From NCBI RefSeq assembly GCF_001194135.2, contig NC_068981.1, positions 85,153,613-85,217,612 of the forward strand: a stretch of DNA of 64,000 bases, in the 5' to 3' direction. This DNA comes from Octopus bimaculoides. Its lineage: Eukaryota. The notes under the pieces were generated by a model. That model ran no database searches. It had not been told where the DNA came from and saw only the letters and a list, made by a program, of their open reading frames with translations. The position numbers were made by a program, and so were the translations under genes. This document shows, in pieces, positions 61,201-64,000 of this stretch. The first letter of the stretch is position 1. Each line of letters starts with the position of its first letter.

Positions 61201-62650
61201 AAATTATCTAATTATCTACCTCCTTAACTTATATACACAACCTCAAATCTCAAAATTTTCTCTACACTCTAGCCTGCTCCATCACAAATGAGGCTCTCCC
61301 ATATAACGCAAACAATGATTCCTTATGTTTCAGGGAATCGCTAACCATCCTTCGCCACCACAATCTCACATTATTTAATAGATTTTCAGATGTAATACTT
61401 TCTTGTAAACACAGTTTCTATTCATTATTTGCCCATTTTATTAAATCTATGTAATCCCATAACTATAATTATCCTTAACTAAAATTAATCTTGAGGTACG
61501 ACTTGGTCAGCCTTGCAACTAACCACCTTAACTAATACCGCCCTTCTTATTAAACTATTTCTTCTCATTATTACCTTTGCAAATTCCTCTAACCAACCAC
61601 ATCCCACCTCCCCCAATAGCATCTCCATCCTCACAAATGGTATTCTTTCTTTCTCTTCTCTTATTTTTTCCTCTTCAACCAAAAGCTCTTACTACTACCC
61701 CATTCGACTGGATACTAACCTATTACTTCTCTCACCCTCTCTATTCACCTCCCTCTATTTAATTTTATACACCTATGCATACTTAGTACTCCCCTCCAAT
61801 ACCAACCCACATTCATTATTCTACTAACCACTGCTATGTTGACCGCCAACTCACCCCACTGCCATTCTGTCCACCTCCCTATATCTTTTCTCATACCTTT
61901 CTACATACTTTAGTAATCTCCCTCTGCCACTGAACTAGACACTTTACTTCCCTCAAATAATTGTCATTCCTTTTCTTACTATCACAACTTCCAATAGTTC
62001 CATAATTATAATCCATAAACTTTGACAAACCCAACATAACTGACTACCATTCAAATACTATTTACCCTAAACTCTCATTCATTTCCCGATTTCCCATATC
62101 TATTATCTCCCTTAGTACCCTCATTATTAACCACTCACTTTTCCTGAACTATCTTTTCTCCTCTCACCATTCCCTATCTTAATAACCCCCATAACTCCAC
62201 CGACCACCCTCTAATACAGCTTGCTCTCCACATTTAATCATTTCATCTTTGAACTTCTCTGCATTAGGATCTGAAATGTAAAAATTTTCTCTACCCTGAT
62301 GACAGAAGCCTTATCCCATATCAATTGCATCCATACGGGTGCATATTGTGATGAACTACATCTAACAACATTATTATGGATCTTCAAGACCCTGCCCCCA
62401 AATAGCTGTTGAACTTATAATACCTTTCTTCCACCCCTTTAATTTTCTCTGCCATTTGTACTCTGAGTAAGTTGGACCTATTAATATAAATATCTATATA
62501 TTTTTGCTTAAAAATTCATCATCTGTAAGCCTCCGCCTTTTGCTTTCTCTCGTTTTCCTGTATAGATATATTCATATCTTGTATCTCATACCAAAACTAT
62601 TATGTTTAATATATTTAATATATCGAATTTGTTTGTCCGCATGATTGCCT

Positions 62651-62653
<3 letters not shown>

Positions 62654-62715
<62 letters not shown>

Positions 62716-62970
62716 TGCCTGTCTGTCTGTCTGTCTGCGTGCCTGCCTGTCTGTGTGCGTGTGTGTGAGTGTGTGCGCGTGTGTGTAACTATATGTGTGT
62801 TTGTCCCCTCCCCATCACCACTTGACAACTAGTGTAGGCGTGGTTACGTCCCCGTAAATTAGCGGTTCGGCAAAAGAGCAACTACTAGGCTTTAAGAATA
62901 TGTTCTCGGGTCGATTTCTTCAAGGCGGTGTTCCAGCAATGCAGCAGTCAAATGACTGAAACAAGTAAAA
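62654..62970 (+). mobile_element. SINE A 3' half preceded by (GT)n/(TGTC)n
   Basis: gtgtttgtcccc...cttgacaac...cgtccccgtaaattagcggttcggcaaaagag...aaatgactgaaacaagtaaaa. Confidence 0.85.
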
Positions 62971-63295
62971 CATCTAAATTATTGACTACTGTGAATTTAA
63001 GTCATTACGGAACGGAAGCTTCTAGCATCGGTTTTTGTGTATCTAATTAAATAATTGTTAAATTTTATACTACTTTTCCCGTCATTGTAAAAAGAATGAT
63101 AAAAAAACAAAATTTACGTAAATCAATTTATGCAAATAACTGATTAATTTAACATAAAGCGATGTTAAATAGCTCATTATTTTGTAAAGGTATGCACTTA
63201 ATTAGATTATATAATTATCCGAATTATGCAATTATACTGAGTCAACAGTAGAAGTTTATAAGTTAGTGTGTACAAGTGTGCGTGTGCGTGTGTGT

Positions 63296-63555
63296 ATTCA
63301 GGTATGCCGTGTGGTTAAGATGTTCGCTTCGAAACTACGTGGTTTCTGGTTCATTCTTCAACTTGGGTGCCTTTCCTCTAGCTCAAGACTGACTCACTTG
63401 TAAGACAATCTGGTAGATGGAAATGCTGTGTGTGTGTGTGTGTGTATGTGTGTGTGTGTGTGTGTGTGTGTATATCGGTGTGGAAACTATGTTTGTTTGT
63501 CTTTTGAACGCTTGACAATCAGTGTTGGTTTGTTTATGACCCAGCGGTGCGGTCC
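63296..63555 (+). mobile_element. Diverged SINE A
   Basis: caggtatgccgtgtggttaagatgttcgcttc...tggtagatggaaa, (GT)n, cgcttgacaatcagtgttgg. Confidence 0.7.
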
Positions 63556-63920
63556 TTTTTAGGAATACATAACACCAAGAAAATTGCAATTTATAGTTTT
63601 AGTTTCTTCTTTAACTCCAATAAGATTCTGTTTATCTTTTTCGATGTTGCTTCTCTCCTGCTGGTCATTGCTCTTGTTGTTGCCGTGTCCGGCCGTGTCC
63701 TGTCATGTTGCTTGTTGCATCTACCTGCATGGTGAATTCGACTTTGCGATGGACGTCATTATAATCATGAATTATAGAAGGTTCTTCAATAAACCCGATC
63801 AGAAGAAAACCAGTTGTTTAACAAGGGTGGAAGATATAGCATTAATATTGGAGATAAAATTCATTGCAGACTGAATGAATAGTCCCCAAAGTCAAGTATA
63901 TGACTGCTCGTACCGAGTTC

Positions 63921-63924
<4 letters not shown>

Positions 63925-64000
<76 letters not shown>
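63925..64000. repeat. (GT)n microsatellite running off the window
   Basis: Visible repeat. Confidence 0.97.

Noticed and set aside
63600-63800. Possible exon or PLE fragment on the minus strand (YNDVHRKVEFTMQ)
   Set aside because: Short, ambiguous and flanked by stops.

Overview
AT-rich, repeat-dense animal genomic DNA with five assembly gaps and many microsatellites. The SINE families resemble those I recall from Octopus, so a cephalopod source is inferred, not proven. No host gene, rRNA, true tRNA gene or CRISPR array can be supported. The window is a mosaic of tRNA-derived SINEs (here called A-E), Tx1/L1-type non-LTR elements, RTE, CR1/L2, Dong/R4 and Penelope-like fragments, Tc1/mariner remnants, a mariner MITE, a foldback element and HINE/DINE-like elements. 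The main signal is a set of Tx1-like elements, mostly ORF1-only or non-coding, whose ends meet the motif aag(a/t)agc(c/t)tgctt in the tRNA-like head of SINE A. One SINE A copy is split by them with a 14-bp duplication (37444/40406). An independent minus-strand copy abuts the same SINE site (48833-48845). The motif also separates tandem units at 2602, 3719, 4362 and 38252, and empty sites occur at 52340 and 60607. All translations, alignments and family calls were made by eye; no database search was run.
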